A DNA stretch of 64,000 nt. It comes from an uncultured Pseudomonadales bacterium. GTDB lineage: Bacteria > Patescibacteriota > Microgenomatia > UBA1400 > PJMF01. Positions 1 through 10,756 of this stretch are shown here, piece by piece; within the stretch, counting starts at the first letter, position 1, and the number at the start of each line of letters is the position of its first letter. The stretch covers positions 186-64,185 of the forward strand of contig CAYWDM010000003.1 of NCBI GenBank assembly GCA_964457085.1, written 5' to 3'. The notes under the pieces were generated by a model, which had not been told where the DNA came from, did no database searches, and saw only the letters and a program-made list of their open reading frames with translations. The translations under genes were made by a program, and so were the position numbers.

Positions 1-6
1 ATCATA

Positions 7-1515
7 TCAAAACGTAGCGGTTGCTGTGTAGGTAATGTAATTTTCATAATTACCTGCAGCAGTCGTTATATCTGGCATAATCCGGTAACATACGTAGACA
101 TTGTCATTAGCGGCAACTGTTGTGTCGCTAAAAATTGTTGTGGGGGATTCACTGGCTTCCAAATCCGGGAATCTTCGAGCTGAGAATACACGAGCACTTT
201 CATTATAGGCAAAGGCTTCAGTTACTGTAGTGTTGGCATCGTGTAGTGCAAATCCAAAGCCACTGTTGTCGGTGAGACCGGCATTATTCCATTCATCACT
301 TGTGGTGTGTGTGGCAGCAGCAGCATCTCCGCGGACATCTTGAATACAGCTTGGATTAAAAGAACCACTGCCAATTTGTGCAGTTGGATCACCGGTACAA
401 GTAGCTCCATTTCGACCCAGTTGATCATTTTCAGCAGCAGTGACTACATAGCCACCTGATGCGTTTGTAGCCACACTGAGGCCCTGAGCAGCATCGGTAA
501 AAGTGCCGATGGAGATTTCCTCAAACGGGACGTTGGTTGGGGTAGTGGTGACGTCAGTGGTAAGGCCGCAGACAGAAGCACCAGCATCTACACCGATAAT
601 TTTAAAGGTAATCTGAGGAGCCACATAAGCGGTGACTTTGACTGCTTCTATATATGCAACTTTAACTTCAGTGGTATCCACAGCACTGCCGCCATTATCT
701 AGATGCTGAAGAATTACTAGATAGGTATCAGAGACGCCAGCTACGTGACCTGCTTTAGGTGCTGGGTTGACCACTTGATTGATGGTGATCATTCCATTGG
801 CACCCCCATCAAAGTACGTACCCACTGCACCATTGCCAGTGTAGGAACAAACATATGAATGATAGCTAACACTGTTTATCGAGACTGCATGAGGTGTGGG
901 CACACCTGCTGCAAAGGTATAGCCAGTAATATCTGTTGGACAAGTCACGGTTGGGGCAACATTCCCATAGTCAAATGCACCACCGTCTGGAATACCATCC
1001 TCACTTGCAGTGCCGCCTGCACCTGCAGGAATTAAAATTCTGAAAGAGCCATCAAGTACAGCTGAAACTGTTTGATATCGCACGTTTAAGTTGGCAGCTT
1101 GGGTAGAGATAATATCATCACCTGCATCAGAGTCACCAGCGAGTAAAACGGAGGTTAATTGCATGGTGTTGAGTAAACTAGTCGGACCGATAGCACTAGT
1201 ACTCGCGACTGTGTACAACCCCATGGTGCTCGAATTGCCGATTCTGACGGTATCACCTTCAACTAATTGAGCTGATGAACTCGATGGATATGAGCCAGCA
1301 GTGTTGTTTGCCAAAGTATTAATGATAACTTTTGAGGTGCCAGTTACATTACCAGTATCAAGTGCACCACGAAATGAGGGACGAGAGTTGGTGGTGGTAA
1401 CTGAAACACTCAGTAAGTTAGCTGACTGTGAGCTGCCAAAATATTTGGCCACCACAAAAGCTCCTGTTACCAGGATTGCTGTTACCAATAAAAACCTAAT
1501 ACGACTACGAAACAT
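7..1515 (-). CDS. Secreted beta-rich surface protein, WxL-like C-terminal domain
   Basis: N-terminal hydrophobic signal (MFRSRIRFLLVTAILVTG); Thr/Gly/Ser-rich; ends in GNYENYITYTATATF, a terminal strand typical of WxL-like/fimbrial-type folds; ATG at 1515 preferred over 1527. Confidence 0.55.
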   Translation of the reverse strand: MFRSRIRFLLVTAILVTGAFVVAKYFGSSQSANLLSVSVTTTNSRPSFRGALDTGNVTGTSKVIINTLANNTAGSYPSSSSAQLVEGDTVRIGNSSTMGLYTVASTSAIGPTSLLNTMQLTSVLLAGDSDAGDDIISTQAANLNVRYQTVSAVLDGSFRILIPAGAGGTASEDGIPDGGAFDYGNVAPTVTCPTDITGYTFAAGVPTPHAVSINSVSYHSYVCSYTGNGAVGTYFDGGANGMITINQVVNPAPKAGHVAGVSDTYLVILQHLDNGGSAVDTTEVKVAYIEAVKVTAYVAPQITFKIIGVDAGASVCGLTTDVTTTPTNVPFEEISIGTFTDAAQGLSVATNASGGYVVTAAENDQLGRNGATCTGDPTAQIGSGSFNPSCIQDVRGDAAAATHTTSDEWNNAGLTDNSGFGFALHDANTTVTEAFAYNESARVFSARRFPDLEASESPTTIFSDTTVAANDNVYVCYRIMPDITTAAGNYENYITYTATATF

Positions 1516-1691
1516 AGGTGCTTCCAATTACCATTATAACTACACTACACATCACCAATTTGACTGTCAAGAGGTGAGTCTTTCTGTCAGGTAGCGGCTA
1601 CCTCAAGTAGTGCAATTTGGGGCAAAAATGAGAACCTTTTTTACTCAGTAATTTTTACAATTATTTGATGGTTGGGTGACTGCATGAGTTG

Positions 1692-2708
1692 TTAACTTCT
1701 TGCTTGTAGTTGCTGAACGCGTTTTTGAAAATATTTGAATGTCACAAATAGTAGTGGGATTGTAAGTAGTACCAGCATGATACTGATAGGTAGGGCAACA
1801 ATAGTTCTCACTTGTTTACCCTGAGGTATGTCAATCAATATGGTGTATGTGCCCAATAAAAAGAGTGGCTGATGTGTTAGGAATTCTGATGGAAGCAGGT
1901 CGGGCTGTTGTAAAAGTGTCTCGAGATCACTTGTTTGCAGTGCAGTGGTGTCAAATGCTCTGGCTTGTCTTGAACTTTTAGCTAACACCATATCTGGATA
2001 CAGCACAAAGGTTTTAATGGGTTTGTTGAATGCGTTGAGAATGGTAATAGTGCCCTTGATTGGAGTTGCATTTTGACCCTGATTTGCAAAAGACAAAGAA
2101 AAACGTAATCTTTGCAAACTATCCATCCAGCTTCCCAATGAAAGTTTGCTCAATTCTAGTTTTCCTCGGTCTCGATCATCTGAACTAATGACAACCACCA
2201 AGTTGCTGCCGATTGCTCCAGTTACTTGTGATTGGCCGGCAAGGTTTGCTCCAATCCGAGAGCCACTCAGTAAAATAGACAACGGATATTCACCCTCAGT
2301 GGCGTCTGCTGGAACCACTAGATCGAGGATTAGTTTCTTTTCTGACTTGGCTTTCAAGGGAAACTCAGATTTCCAATTAATTTTCGGATCCCTAATTTTA
2401 AGATAAGGAAAATCAGAGTCATTGGCTAATACTGGCTGACCAGTGTGTCCATCACTTTTAAAATCTCGCAGTGTTAGGTTTGCAGAGATGTCACTAATTC
2501 CATCATTCTTGATTAATAGGGTATGTTTGCCAACCGTACCTGGCTTAATGCTTAAATAGGTGATTGGCGGAGACAAGCTGATATCGAGATCAGTATTAGT
2601 AGTTTGTGCTGAAACAGATGCGGGTTTGATGATATAGCACCAGCAAACAAAGGTGATGGCTAAGACGGAGAAAAAAATGGTTGGCTTGGGTTTGTGGGTA
2701 AACAACAT
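1692..2708 (-). CDS. DUF916/WxL-interacting-like membrane-anchored protein
   Basis: Signal peptide, Ig-like segments (LSISPP-type start, IKNDG, VPADATEGEY, FANQGQNATPIKGTITI), C-terminal TM followed by basic tail. Confidence 0.55.
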   Translation of the reverse strand: MLFTHKPKPTIFFSVLAITFVCWCYIIKPASVSAQTTNTDLDISLSPPITYLSIKPGTVGKHTLLIKNDGISDISANLTLRDFKSDGHTGQPVLANDSDFPYLKIRDPKINWKSEFPLKAKSEKKLILDLVVPADATEGEYPLSILLSGSRIGANLAGQSQVTGAIGSNLVVVISSDDRDRGKLELSKLSLGSWMDSLQRLRFSLSFANQGQNATPIKGTITILNAFNKPIKTFVLYPDMVLAKSSRQARAFDTTALQTSDLETLLQQPDLLPSEFLTHQPLFLLGTYTILIDIPQGKQVRTIVALPISIMLVLLTIPLLFVTFKYFQKRVQQLQARS

Positions 2709-2710
2709 GG

Positions 2711-3499
2711 TTAATATCCTGGAACAGCAATATAGATAATCTCTGTGCGGTAATTGCCAGCAGTTTGGCCACCAACGATGCCAGCTTTGTAGGTCACAGT
2801 TGCTTGATTCTGGAAGGCGACACTTGCTGAACTCATCACTGGTTGCATGGCTTCGCTGGCACTATTATTAGCAAACTGACGGAAATAAGTGGCATCAGTA
2901 AAATCAACAGGAACTTGGCTACCAGTGATCGAAAATCCAAAGCCGGGGGTGGTGGGGTTGGTCCAAGGCTTGGCAATAGTTTCATTGCAGTCACTAGCGT
3001 CACAGGTGGTATCAGGAATGTAATCCAGATTATTTGAATGTTGCAGTGGATGCGACTCATAGGCATAGACGATGTAGCCGCCAGCACCCTTAGTATCAAT
3101 AGTAAGTACATTACTGTCTGACTTGTGTTCCTCTGGGAGCAGTTCTCCAAGTTCAATGAAAAGCTTCGAGATTGCAAACCGGAAGTAATGGATTGTGTAA
3201 ATATATTGAAAACCTGCTCCTAAAAATTTGGTGGCACTTTGATACGGGCCTGAAGCTGTTTGTCCGAGCGTTTCTGTAAGGTTGTAGGTAGTGCTGTCTT
3301 GACGGCCACTTCCGGTATTAAAATTGCCGAATTGGATTACAAAAGAGTCTGATTCAAGTCGTTCTGCAGTAGCTTGCTTGGGTAAGTAAAGAAAGAGAGT
3401 TGCCGCCACGACACAGCTAGTTAGCCAAGTAAAAATGGAGTGTTTTTGAGAAAAGTGAACTTTTCTGTCTCTACTTTTCTGTTGAAACTGTGGTGTCAT
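2711..3499 (-). CDS. Secreted protein, WxL-like, paralog-like to 7..1515
   Basis: Signal peptide; W..P...GFGF motif and C-terminal GNYRTEIIYIAVPGY, paralleling the SGFGF and GNYENYITY segments of 7..1515. Confidence 0.5.
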   Translation of the reverse strand: MTPQFQQKSRDRKVHFSQKHSIFTWLTSCVVAATLFLYLPKQATAERLESDSFVIQFGNFNTGSGRQDSTTYNLTETLGQTASGPYQSATKFLGAGFQYIYTIHYFRFAISKLFIELGELLPEEHKSDSNVLTIDTKGAGGYIVYAYESHPLQHSNNLDYIPDTTCDASDCNETIAKPWTNPTTPGFGFSITGSQVPVDFTDATYFRQFANNSASEAMQPVMSSASVAFQNQATVTYKAGIVGGQTAGNYRTEIIYIAVPGY

Positions 3500-4385
3500 T
3501 ATTAGTTTCTGTTTCAAAATGTACTTGTTCCTCTTGATATGGAGGTTCGTCCTGATTCAACTCCATTTCTGAGGTTTGTGCAGCAACATCAGCTATTTGT
3601 GATGTCGGTGTGAGGTTAGATTCAAATATGTCGATAGTAGTGGTGATTTGCTCGGTTATTTCTGGAAGTTCAGCTTCGAGTTCAGCATCGAGTTCGGTTA
3701 CATTATTTTCTCTAGCTTTGGTTTGTGAGATAAGTTCATCTGTAATCAGTGCAATCTCGGCCATTTCTGCTTGCATTTTTTGTTGATTTTCTCGAGGGAA
3801 AAATGACATTCGTTGCAATTTTTCAAGCTTACTTTCAAGAAACCCACTCATGAAGTTTTCTAGTTTTTGATCAATAAGTTGCGCTTCAAGTAGCTGCAGC
3901 TGTTGTTTCTGTAGATTATGTTGTTGAGCAATTGTCTTGGAATATTGGTCTTTAGCAAATAAGAAAAACAACATTACGATCGGTAGGCTGAGTAAAAATG
4001 ATAGCTCACTGAGGCTTGGGTCTGCGGTAAGCGCGAAATGAAATAGTATTATTTCCATGGTGGCTACGATAGCTGTGATCGAGTCAGATTTGATAGCAAG
4101 CACAAATAAATGCACAAAGCTCAAAAAGAACAGCACCGATCGAACGTTGCCAGTTGCTCCAATTAAGAGCAGGAAAGCCAAAGTCACCACCGCCATTTCA
4201 ATAGATGCATGGGTGGGCAATAATTGCCAGACTTTAGCCTTATGAACTTTTTTGATTCCAAAATATGCCAGTACCACTATGGCAAATAGTTGCAATGAAT
4301 AGGCACTCAGCAATGGAGTTTTAAGCCAGACATAGGTAAGACTAATTGCGATCGAGATGATAAGAATATGATAGGCAGATTTCAT
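3471..4385 (-). CDS. Hypothetical membrane protein (several TM helices, then coiled coil and acidic tail)
   Basis: Hydrophobic N-terminal half; Q/E-rich coiled-coil C-terminal half. Confidence 0.6.
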   Translation of the reverse strand: MKSAYHILIISIAISLTYVWLKTPLLSAYSLQLFAIVVLAYFGIKKVHKAKVWQLLPTHASIEMAVVTLAFLLLIGATGNVRSVLFFLSFVHLFVLAIKSDSITAIVATMEIILFHFALTADPSLSELSFLLSLPIVMLFFLFAKDQYSKTIAQQHNLQKQQLQLLEAQLIDQKLENFMSGFLESKLEKLQRMSFFPRENQQKMQAEMAEIALITDELISQTKARENNVTELDAELEAELPEITEQITTTIDIFESNLTPTSQIADVAAQTSEMELNQDEPPYQEEQVHFETETNNDTTVSTEK

Positions 4386-4502
4386 CGGCAGGATTCAAAT
4401 AACAGTACTCAAAAGAGTCTCTGGTCTGCAATTAGTATACCCAAAGTTACGCTGTCTTTCATTGTATAATCAAGTTCTTATCAACAACAACAGTGACTAG
4501 TC

Positions 4503-6983
4503 ATGTCCAAACAAACAATAGTTCCAGAATATCAGCATCAGGAAGTCGAGAAGCGACTTCAAAGTGCTTGGGAACTTGCAGGCCTTTTTCAAAATGTGCC
4601 GGAAGTGGTTGGTGCTCCTGAAAAATCCAAGAAAAAATTTCATTTATTTGCTTTTGCATATCCATCTGGGGCAGGCTTACATGTTGGACACGTCGAGTCG
4701 ATGACGGCCTTAGATATTTTGTCTCGCCACAGTAGAATGCAGGGCAATCAAGTGTATTTTCCAGTTGGTTGGGATGCCTTTGGGTTGCCAGCTGAAAACT
4801 ATGCAATCAAAACTGGAATTCCTCCTGCAAAAACGACTTATGACGCGATTCATACATTCCGTCGGCAGATTAAAAGATTGGGCATCTCATATGATTGGGC
4901 CAATGAGATAGCGACCAGTCATCCAGAGTATTATCGCTGGACACAGTGGCTCTTTTTGCAACTATACCGTAAGGGTTTGGCCTACAAAGACATTGGCATG
5001 GTTAACTGGTGCCCCTCATGTCAAACAGTTTTAGCCAACGAGCAAGTAGTAAATGGACAGTGCGAGCGCTGTGATACCGCTGTGGTGCAAAAAGAATTGG
5101 TGCAGTGGTACTTCAAAATTACCGCCTATACAGAAGAATTACTTTCAGGATTAGATGACGTTGACTGGCCAACTCCAACCAAGCAACAGCAGCGACACTG
5201 GATTGGTAAGAGCAGTGGGGTTGAGATTGATTTTAGCTTGGATATGACGTCAATTAGTAATGCTAAAGTTGACGCGAATATTCAAGCCAAGCCAGAGATA
5301 TTAACCTGTTTTACCACCAGAATTGATACAGTTTTTGGAGTCACTTTTGTGGTGATTTCTCCAGAAAAATGGCAGTCCTTACAACTACAGCAGTACGTTA
5401 CAGCTGACCTGCAGAAATCGGTTGAAGAGTATGTAACTGCAGCTTTCCGCAAGACTGAGGAGGAGCGTAAGATTGGCGAAAAAGACAAGACGGGTGTTAA
5501 CACTGGACTCTTAGTGATAAACCCAATCACTGGCAAATCGGTGCCACTATTTGTCGCTGACTACGTTTTGGCTGGTTACGGCACTGGCATCGTCATGGGT
5601 GTGCCAGCACATGATGATCGTGATGAATCTTTCGCTAAAAAGTTCCAATTGCCGATCGTGCAAGTTGTAAATGAAGACAATTGCTTGGTGAATTCTGGAG
5701 AATTTTCCGGCCAAAGTTCTGCCGAGGCGAGAGCTAATTTGACTAATAAATTTACTCAATTTGTTAGACCAACTGTAAACTACAAGTTGCGAGACTGGTT
5801 GATCTCACGTCAACGGTATTGGGGCGCTCCAATTCCTGTTGTGTACGATCCAGAGGGCAATGCTCATCCAGTGAAAGAAGAGCATTTACCATGGCTACTT
5901 CCTGAAGATGTGGACTTCAAACCAACCGGTGAATCTCCACTAAAATCCTCTAAAGAATTCATCGAACGAACCGAGAGATTGTATGGAAAGGGTTGGAGAC
6001 CAGAGTTTGATACCATGGACACCTTTGTGGATTCCAGTTGGTATTACTTGAGATATTGTGACTCAAGAAATACTGCGGTATTCGCTGATCCAGATCGGCT
6101 CAAATCATGGTTACCAGTTGATATGTATTTAATTGGGCCTGAGCATATTGTGCTTCACCTCCTTTACTCACGTTTCTTTACTAAGTTTTTACGCGATGAA
6201 GGTTACCTAAACATTAACGAGCCATTCCAAAAGATGCGACATCAGGGCATGATTCTCGGTCCTGACGGTCGAAAAATGAGTAAAAGTAAGGGAAACGTTA
6301 TCAATCCAGATGAGGTTATTGAAAATTTCGGGGCAGATACATTGCGTGTATATGAAATGTTCATGGGACCACTTGAATCAGACAAACCATGGGATATCCG
6401 AGCAGTAGCTGGCGTATCACGTTTTCTAAAGAGATTTTTCAGTTTGGTAGTACACGAACAGTTGGCTCCAAAAGAGCGGTCAATTAGTGAACAGCTGACT
6501 AAAAAACTGCATCAGACAGTAGAGAAAGTAACTGAGGACATTCCAGCTTTGAAATTCAACACCGCTATTGCAGCGATGATGGAATTGGTCAATCTTTGGG
6601 AGAGTGAAATCAAAAAACAACGTTGGCTTGGTGCCGCAGGGGCAGAGATGGCAGTGCGGGTTTTAGCACCATTTGCACCTTTTATGTCTGAAGAGCTCTG
6701 GCAGCAGCACCTAGACGTTTCACACAAAGAGTCGATACATCTGCAGAGTTGGCCAGTATTTGATCCGAAACTAACTGCGGAGACAGAGCTGGTGTTGGCA
6801 GTGCAAGTGAATGGCAAGTTACGCGGTGAACTACGAATTTCAGCCGGTGAAATAGCAAACCAGGCACAGGTTATCACTCAATCAAAACAACTTCCTAGCG
6901 TCTTACCCTGGATTAAAGATCGGCAGATTGTGCGTGAGATCTATATCACTGGAAAGATTGTGAGTTTGGTGGTGGACAAGTAA
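4503..6983 (+). CDS. leuS: Leucine--tRNA ligase
   Basis: YPSGAGLHVGH (HIGH), GWDAFGLPAEN, DWLISRQRYWG, KMSKS, VQVNGKLR. Confidence 0.98.
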   Translation: MSKQTIVPEYQHQEVEKRLQSAWELAGLFQNVPEVVGAPEKSKKKFHLFAFAYPSGAGLHVGHVESMTALDILSRHSRMQGNQVYFPVGWDAFGLPAENYAIKTGIPPAKTTYDAIHTFRRQIKRLGISYDWANEIATSHPEYYRWTQWLFLQLYRKGLAYKDIGMVNWCPSCQTVLANEQVVNGQCERCDTAVVQKELVQWYFKITAYTEELLSGLDDVDWPTPTKQQQRHWIGKSSGVEIDFSLDMTSISNAKVDANIQAKPEILTCFTTRIDTVFGVTFVVISPEKWQSLQLQQYVTADLQKSVEEYVTAAFRKTEEERKIGEKDKTGVNTGLLVINPITGKSVPLFVADYVLAGYGTGIVMGVPAHDDRDESFAKKFQLPIVQVVNEDNCLVNSGEFSGQSSAEARANLTNKFTQFVRPTVNYKLRDWLISRQRYWGAPIPVVYDPEGNAHPVKEEHLPWLLPEDVDFKPTGESPLKSSKEFIERTERLYGKGWRPEFDTMDTFVDSSWYYLRYCDSRNTAVFADPDRLKSWLPVDMYLIGPEHIVLHLLYSRFFTKFLRDEGYLNINEPFQKMRHQGMILGPDGRKMSKSKGNVINPDEVIENFGADTLRVYEMFMGPLESDKPWDIRAVAGVSRFLKRFFSLVVHEQLAPKERSISEQLTKKLHQTVEKVTEDIPALKFNTAIAAMMELVNLWESEIKKQRWLGAAGAEMAVRVLAPFAPFMSEELWQQHLDVSHKESIHLQSWPVFDPKLTAETELVLAVQVNGKLRGELRISAGEIANQAQVITQSKQLPSVLPWIKDRQIVREIYITGKIVSLVVDK

Positions 6984-7071
6984 ATAACTTTTGTCTCACT
7001 GCTAGACAGAAAAGCATCCAAATTCAGGCTTTGTCAGTTTTTTGTTGGCATAAAACACTACTGTAGTGTTC

Positions 7072-7764
7072 ATGAAGCCCAACTACTTTCATTTTCTGCA
7101 AGATAAATTGCTAAAAATTTCAGATAGAGTCACTGACTATTTGGTAAAGCCAACGACGCAAATCAGCATATTGGTTTTTGGTTGTGCAATTACCATTTTT
7201 GGTGTGGCTGAATTGGCAGCGAGTAGTCAGACATCAGTTGTTGAGTGTCCAGATCAACAGGCTGAACGTCAATTTAGTTGCTCTCAGGAGACAGTGCCAC
7301 AGATTTCACCTCAAGCTAACCGAGTCAGTGTTGACATAGCTGGTGCCGTCAATAAGCCGGGTGTCTATGAGTTAGATAATCAACTAAAAATTGCTGATGC
7401 AATAACTGCAGCTGGAGGGTTTGCTAAAGTCGCCAACAGATCTTTGATTGCTCAAAGAATGAATCTCTCAGAGCAACTCCAGCCGTCTCAAAAAATATAT
7501 ATTCCATTTGAAGAGGAGCGTGATTTACCAGTAAGTAGTTCGATGAGCGAAACAACCAAAGTGGGTGATGAACAACAGACTTCAAAAGTGATCAATGTAA
7601 ATACAGCTGACCAAACGGCACTTGAAACTCTCAGCGGCATCGGTGAGGTCACAGCTCAAAAGATTATCTCAAACAGACCATATTCATCTATGGATGAATT
7701 GGTGGAAAAAAAAGTATTAAGCAACTCGCTGCTAGAAAAGCTCAACCTTTTGATTGAGCTGTAA
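7072..7764 (+). CDS. comEA: ComEA family DNA-binding competence protein
   Basis: N-terminal TM, SLBB domain (VDIAGAVNKPGVY), HhH (INVNTAD..LETLSGIG...AQKII..RPY). Confidence 0.92.
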   Translation: MKPNYFHFLQDKLLKISDRVTDYLVKPTTQISILVFGCAITIFGVAELAASSQTSVVECPDQQAERQFSCSQETVPQISPQANRVSVDIAGAVNKPGVYELDNQLKIADAITAAGGFAKVANRSLIAQRMNLSEQLQPSQKIYIPFEEERDLPVSSSMSETTKVGDEQQTSKVINVNTADQTALETLSGIGEVTAQKIISNRPYSSMDELVEKKVLSNSLLEKLNLLIEL

Positions 7765-8297
7765 AAAAGTAAAAAAGACATAGACATAATAAAAGTTATA
7801 TACAATTTATTATAAGACTAAAAAATGAAGGCAGCTATGAAATAGGGGCAGACTGTAAATAGAAGGCACAGGCAGTGAAAACAAGACTGAGATCAATGTA
7901 TATAAAAAAGAATGGATGAATACAAACAGCTAACAGTGTTCGTCTAAACTTCGTAAGAAAAGTGAACAGTTTATAGTAAATAATAGAATTTCAAATGATA
8001 TATTAAAAAATATTTTGATACATTTATATTACCGCACACTTGATAAATAATTATAAGTGTTCATACTGTAGCAAAATTACTCGAGAAGAGAATGATCTTG
8101 GTTCTACGAACCAAACACGAAATTATGATTACCTTGTGTAATGGGGTTCAGCAGTTATTCGTATTAGGAGAGTACCCAGTTGCATTCAAACACACTTTTT
8201 CAATATGCACACCTCATGGCTGTATACCTGGTTAGCCTGCAGAATTAGCAATCTAACGTGATCGAGTGATAGAGGATCATAAAATAAAAAAAACACT

Positions 8298-9347
8298 ATG
8301 GATCAATATATTCCACACTTTTTCCAGATCATCCATTCGGTAAACAGTTGGCTGGCAGTTTTTTGGCAAGTTGGAGAGCTGGTTCGTTATAGGATACTAG
8401 ACACCCTTGCTCCATGGATTAGTTTGAATGACTTTGAGTTATTCCCGGGGTTGGTATTTGGTGATGTCGATTTGTTGTCAATCGATACAAAAAAGCAGTT
8501 AAAAATAGCTGGCATATTGCATGCACTATCTGCTTCTGGATCAAACGTAGGCATAGTTGGAATGTTTAGTTTTCAGATAACAAGAAGCACCAACAAAAAA
8601 ATCCAGATAATACTCGAGGCGGTATCTATCGTCATCTATTTGGCAATGGTAGGAGAGTCAGCCCCAATTATTAGGGCTATTCTCTCGAGACTGTATTTAC
8701 TTTTTGGACAGCACTTCCATTTACAGACTCATGGCATTTTTGCTTGGGCCATGTCTGCATTATTAATGGTTTGTGCAAAACCATCCTTTTTAGGTAGTAT
8801 CTCTTTTCAGCTCTCAGCATTAGCTTCTCTCGGTATTGTGCTGTTTTTACCAAGATTATCTGATGATAATCTTCATCAGTCGGGGAGACTGGCGGAATTT
8901 TTCCGCGAGGCTTTTTGGCAAACTGCAGCTGCACAACTATTTGTACTACCACTTTCTTTACTTGTTTTCGGTGAGTCGCCCACTAGTGCTCTACTAACCA
9001 ACACGATTCTGGCACCACTATTGCTTGCATTGACACTAAACGCATTTATTCTTGCCGTTTTTGGAGCCATTTGCGGTCTCCTCCAGGCAGGAAACCTCCA
9101 AATGCTAATTACTCTTATTTTGCCACTGAAAGACCTGATAATTGCATCATATAGACTGATAAATCAGTCTTTTATGACCATACTTTCAGCTATAAGTAGC
9201 TATGCAAGCGCATTGAACCACACTATTTCCCATTGGTGGCTGTTTGGCTTCATTATTTTGATCTTCGCTTTTCGTTTCGGCCGAAACTATAAACAAATCT
9301 CACGTTCATGCACATTCGCTCAAAGGCTGGGTCTGCAGTATGTCTAA
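8298..9347 (+). CDS. comEC: ComEC/Rec2 competence (membrane channel) domain
   Basis: AGILHALSASGSNV, PIIRA, ISFQLS motifs; multi-TM. Confidence 0.85.
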   Translation: MDQYIPHFFQIIHSVNSWLAVFWQVGELVRYRILDTLAPWISLNDFELFPGLVFGDVDLLSIDTKKQLKIAGILHALSASGSNVGIVGMFSFQITRSTNKKIQIILEAVSIVIYLAMVGESAPIIRAILSRLYLLFGQHFHLQTHGIFAWAMSALLMVCAKPSFLGSISFQLSALASLGIVLFLPRLSDDNLHQSGRLAEFFREAFWQTAAAQLFVLPLSLLVFGESPTSALLTNTILAPLLLALTLNAFILAVFGAICGLLQAGNLQMLITLILPLKDLIIASYRLINQSFMTILSAISSYASALNHTISHWWLFGFIILIFAFRFGRNYKQISRSCTFAQRLGLQYV

Positions 9348-10263
9348 TGAAAAAAATATTTCTACTCACAATTCAAATTCTGTCGTTTTTTTCTCATTTA
9401 TCGTACTGTTAGTTTTTGTGTTAGCTTCGTTTTTTGTACTACTACACAAAAAGAGTGATACATCAGTACATATTGTGTTTTGTGATGTCGGCCAAGGAGA
9501 TGCTATCTTGATATATCAAGGTTTCTTCCAAATACTAATCGATAGCAGCCGAGATGACAGAGTGCTAGCATGTTTATCCCAAAATATTCCCATTTGGGAT
9601 CAAACAATTGAGGTTCTTGTCATCACACATTTTGATGCAGACCACTTTGGTGGTGTCACAACACTACTCAAACATTACAGATTCACTCAAATTTTTGCCC
9701 CAAAACATACTTCAGATGGTTCTCGAGGTGCTGGGCAGGCAGCATCCCAAAACGCTACTGAGTTACCTTTTGGCTTTGAGCCGAAAGAGCCGTTTTTTGG
9801 GCAAACTGTGAGTTTTGCCTCTGGAGCGACTCTAACTTTCTTGCCAATTGTTCCCTTAATCCAGGCTAACAAACAAATCTTTCCTGAATTGGTATCTTCA
9901 AATCTTTCAGATAATGACACCTCGCTTGTGACATTATTTCAGTATGGAACACTACATTTTTTGAGCGTTGGCGACTTGGAAAAGACGGGTGAATCAGTCT
10001 TAACTTCTCTCATCGAGTTTGGCCCGATAGATATCTTTAAGGTCGGTCATCATGGGGCAAAGACCAGTTCAACGATACAATTTCTCCAGGCTATCAACCC
10101 AAGAATGGCGATAATAAGCTCTGGACGCGACAACAGCTACGGCCATCCCGCTCAGCAAACACTGGATCGGCTGGGTCAAATGGGAGCCACTGTGCTCCGC
10201 ACTGACTGGATAGGCACGATCGAATTTGTGAGTGATGGTGCTATATGGTGGTTGGCAAACTAA
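9340..10263 (+). CDS. MBL-fold metallo-hydrolase (separate ComEC C-terminal domain)
   Basis: FCDVGQGDA, THFDADHFGG, KVGHHG, NSYGHP, LRTD motifs. Confidence 0.9.
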   Translation: MSNEKNISTHNSNSVVFFSFIVLLVFVLASFFVLLHKKSDTSVHIVFCDVGQGDAILIYQGFFQILIDSSRDDRVLACLSQNIPIWDQTIEVLVITHFDADHFGGVTTLLKHYRFTQIFAPKHTSDGSRGAGQAASQNATELPFGFEPKEPFFGQTVSFASGATLTFLPIVPLIQANKQIFPELVSSNLSDNDTSLVTLFQYGTLHFLSVGDLEKTGESVLTSLIEFGPIDIFKVGHHGAKTSSTIQFLQAINPRMAIISSGRDNSYGHPAQQTLDRLGQMGATVLRTDWIGTIEFVSDGAIWWLAN

Positions 10264-10369
10264 TGTGTTGTAACTACCTATGCAATTATTTAAAGAGCTG
10301 ATAACTACTGTTACATATTTTTTAACGGAATGCAAGTATTTATAGTTCATTTACTATAAATTTCGAGCA

Positions 10370-10756
10370 TTACTCAAGTAAAAAGTTACTCAATTTGGCT
10401 AGATTTGTTAGTACATTTGCTCAAGCTATTGGTGAAAGAGACCTCAATGAGCTTTGCCTTGGATGTATGTGGTGCCACTTGTGGGTAGCATTTTCGTCAA
10501 ATAATTGTTAGAAAGTTGACCAGTACCCATGACTTTCTGGTGCTATTTTTAGTAGTTTAGTGGACATTTGTATGAGAGTATGACGTCACTGTTTATAAAA
10601 ACCAAATAGAATCCGAATAAGAAATGCAAACAATGCCAAAACGAGTAAAAAAATTACATCAATAAACTACTTAAATATGTTAATTATCAAAAGTATAAAT
10701 GAGTAAATAATGTATTCAAAATGTTCGGTATTTTTTTACCATTTTTACTTGAGTAA
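10370..10756. repeat. 15-bp perfect inverted repeat pair TTACTCAAGTAAAAA (10370-10384 / 10742-10756)
   Basis: Exact reverse complements in a 568-bp ORF-free spacer; core is itself palindromic (TTACT-NN-AGTAA). Confidence 0.7.

Noticed and set aside
7779-7806. dif-like 11-6-11 pattern CATAGACATAA-TAAAAG-TTATATACAAT
   Set aside because: Only a partial match to known Xer arms in very AT-rich DNA; no lasting strand-composition switch is evident by eye
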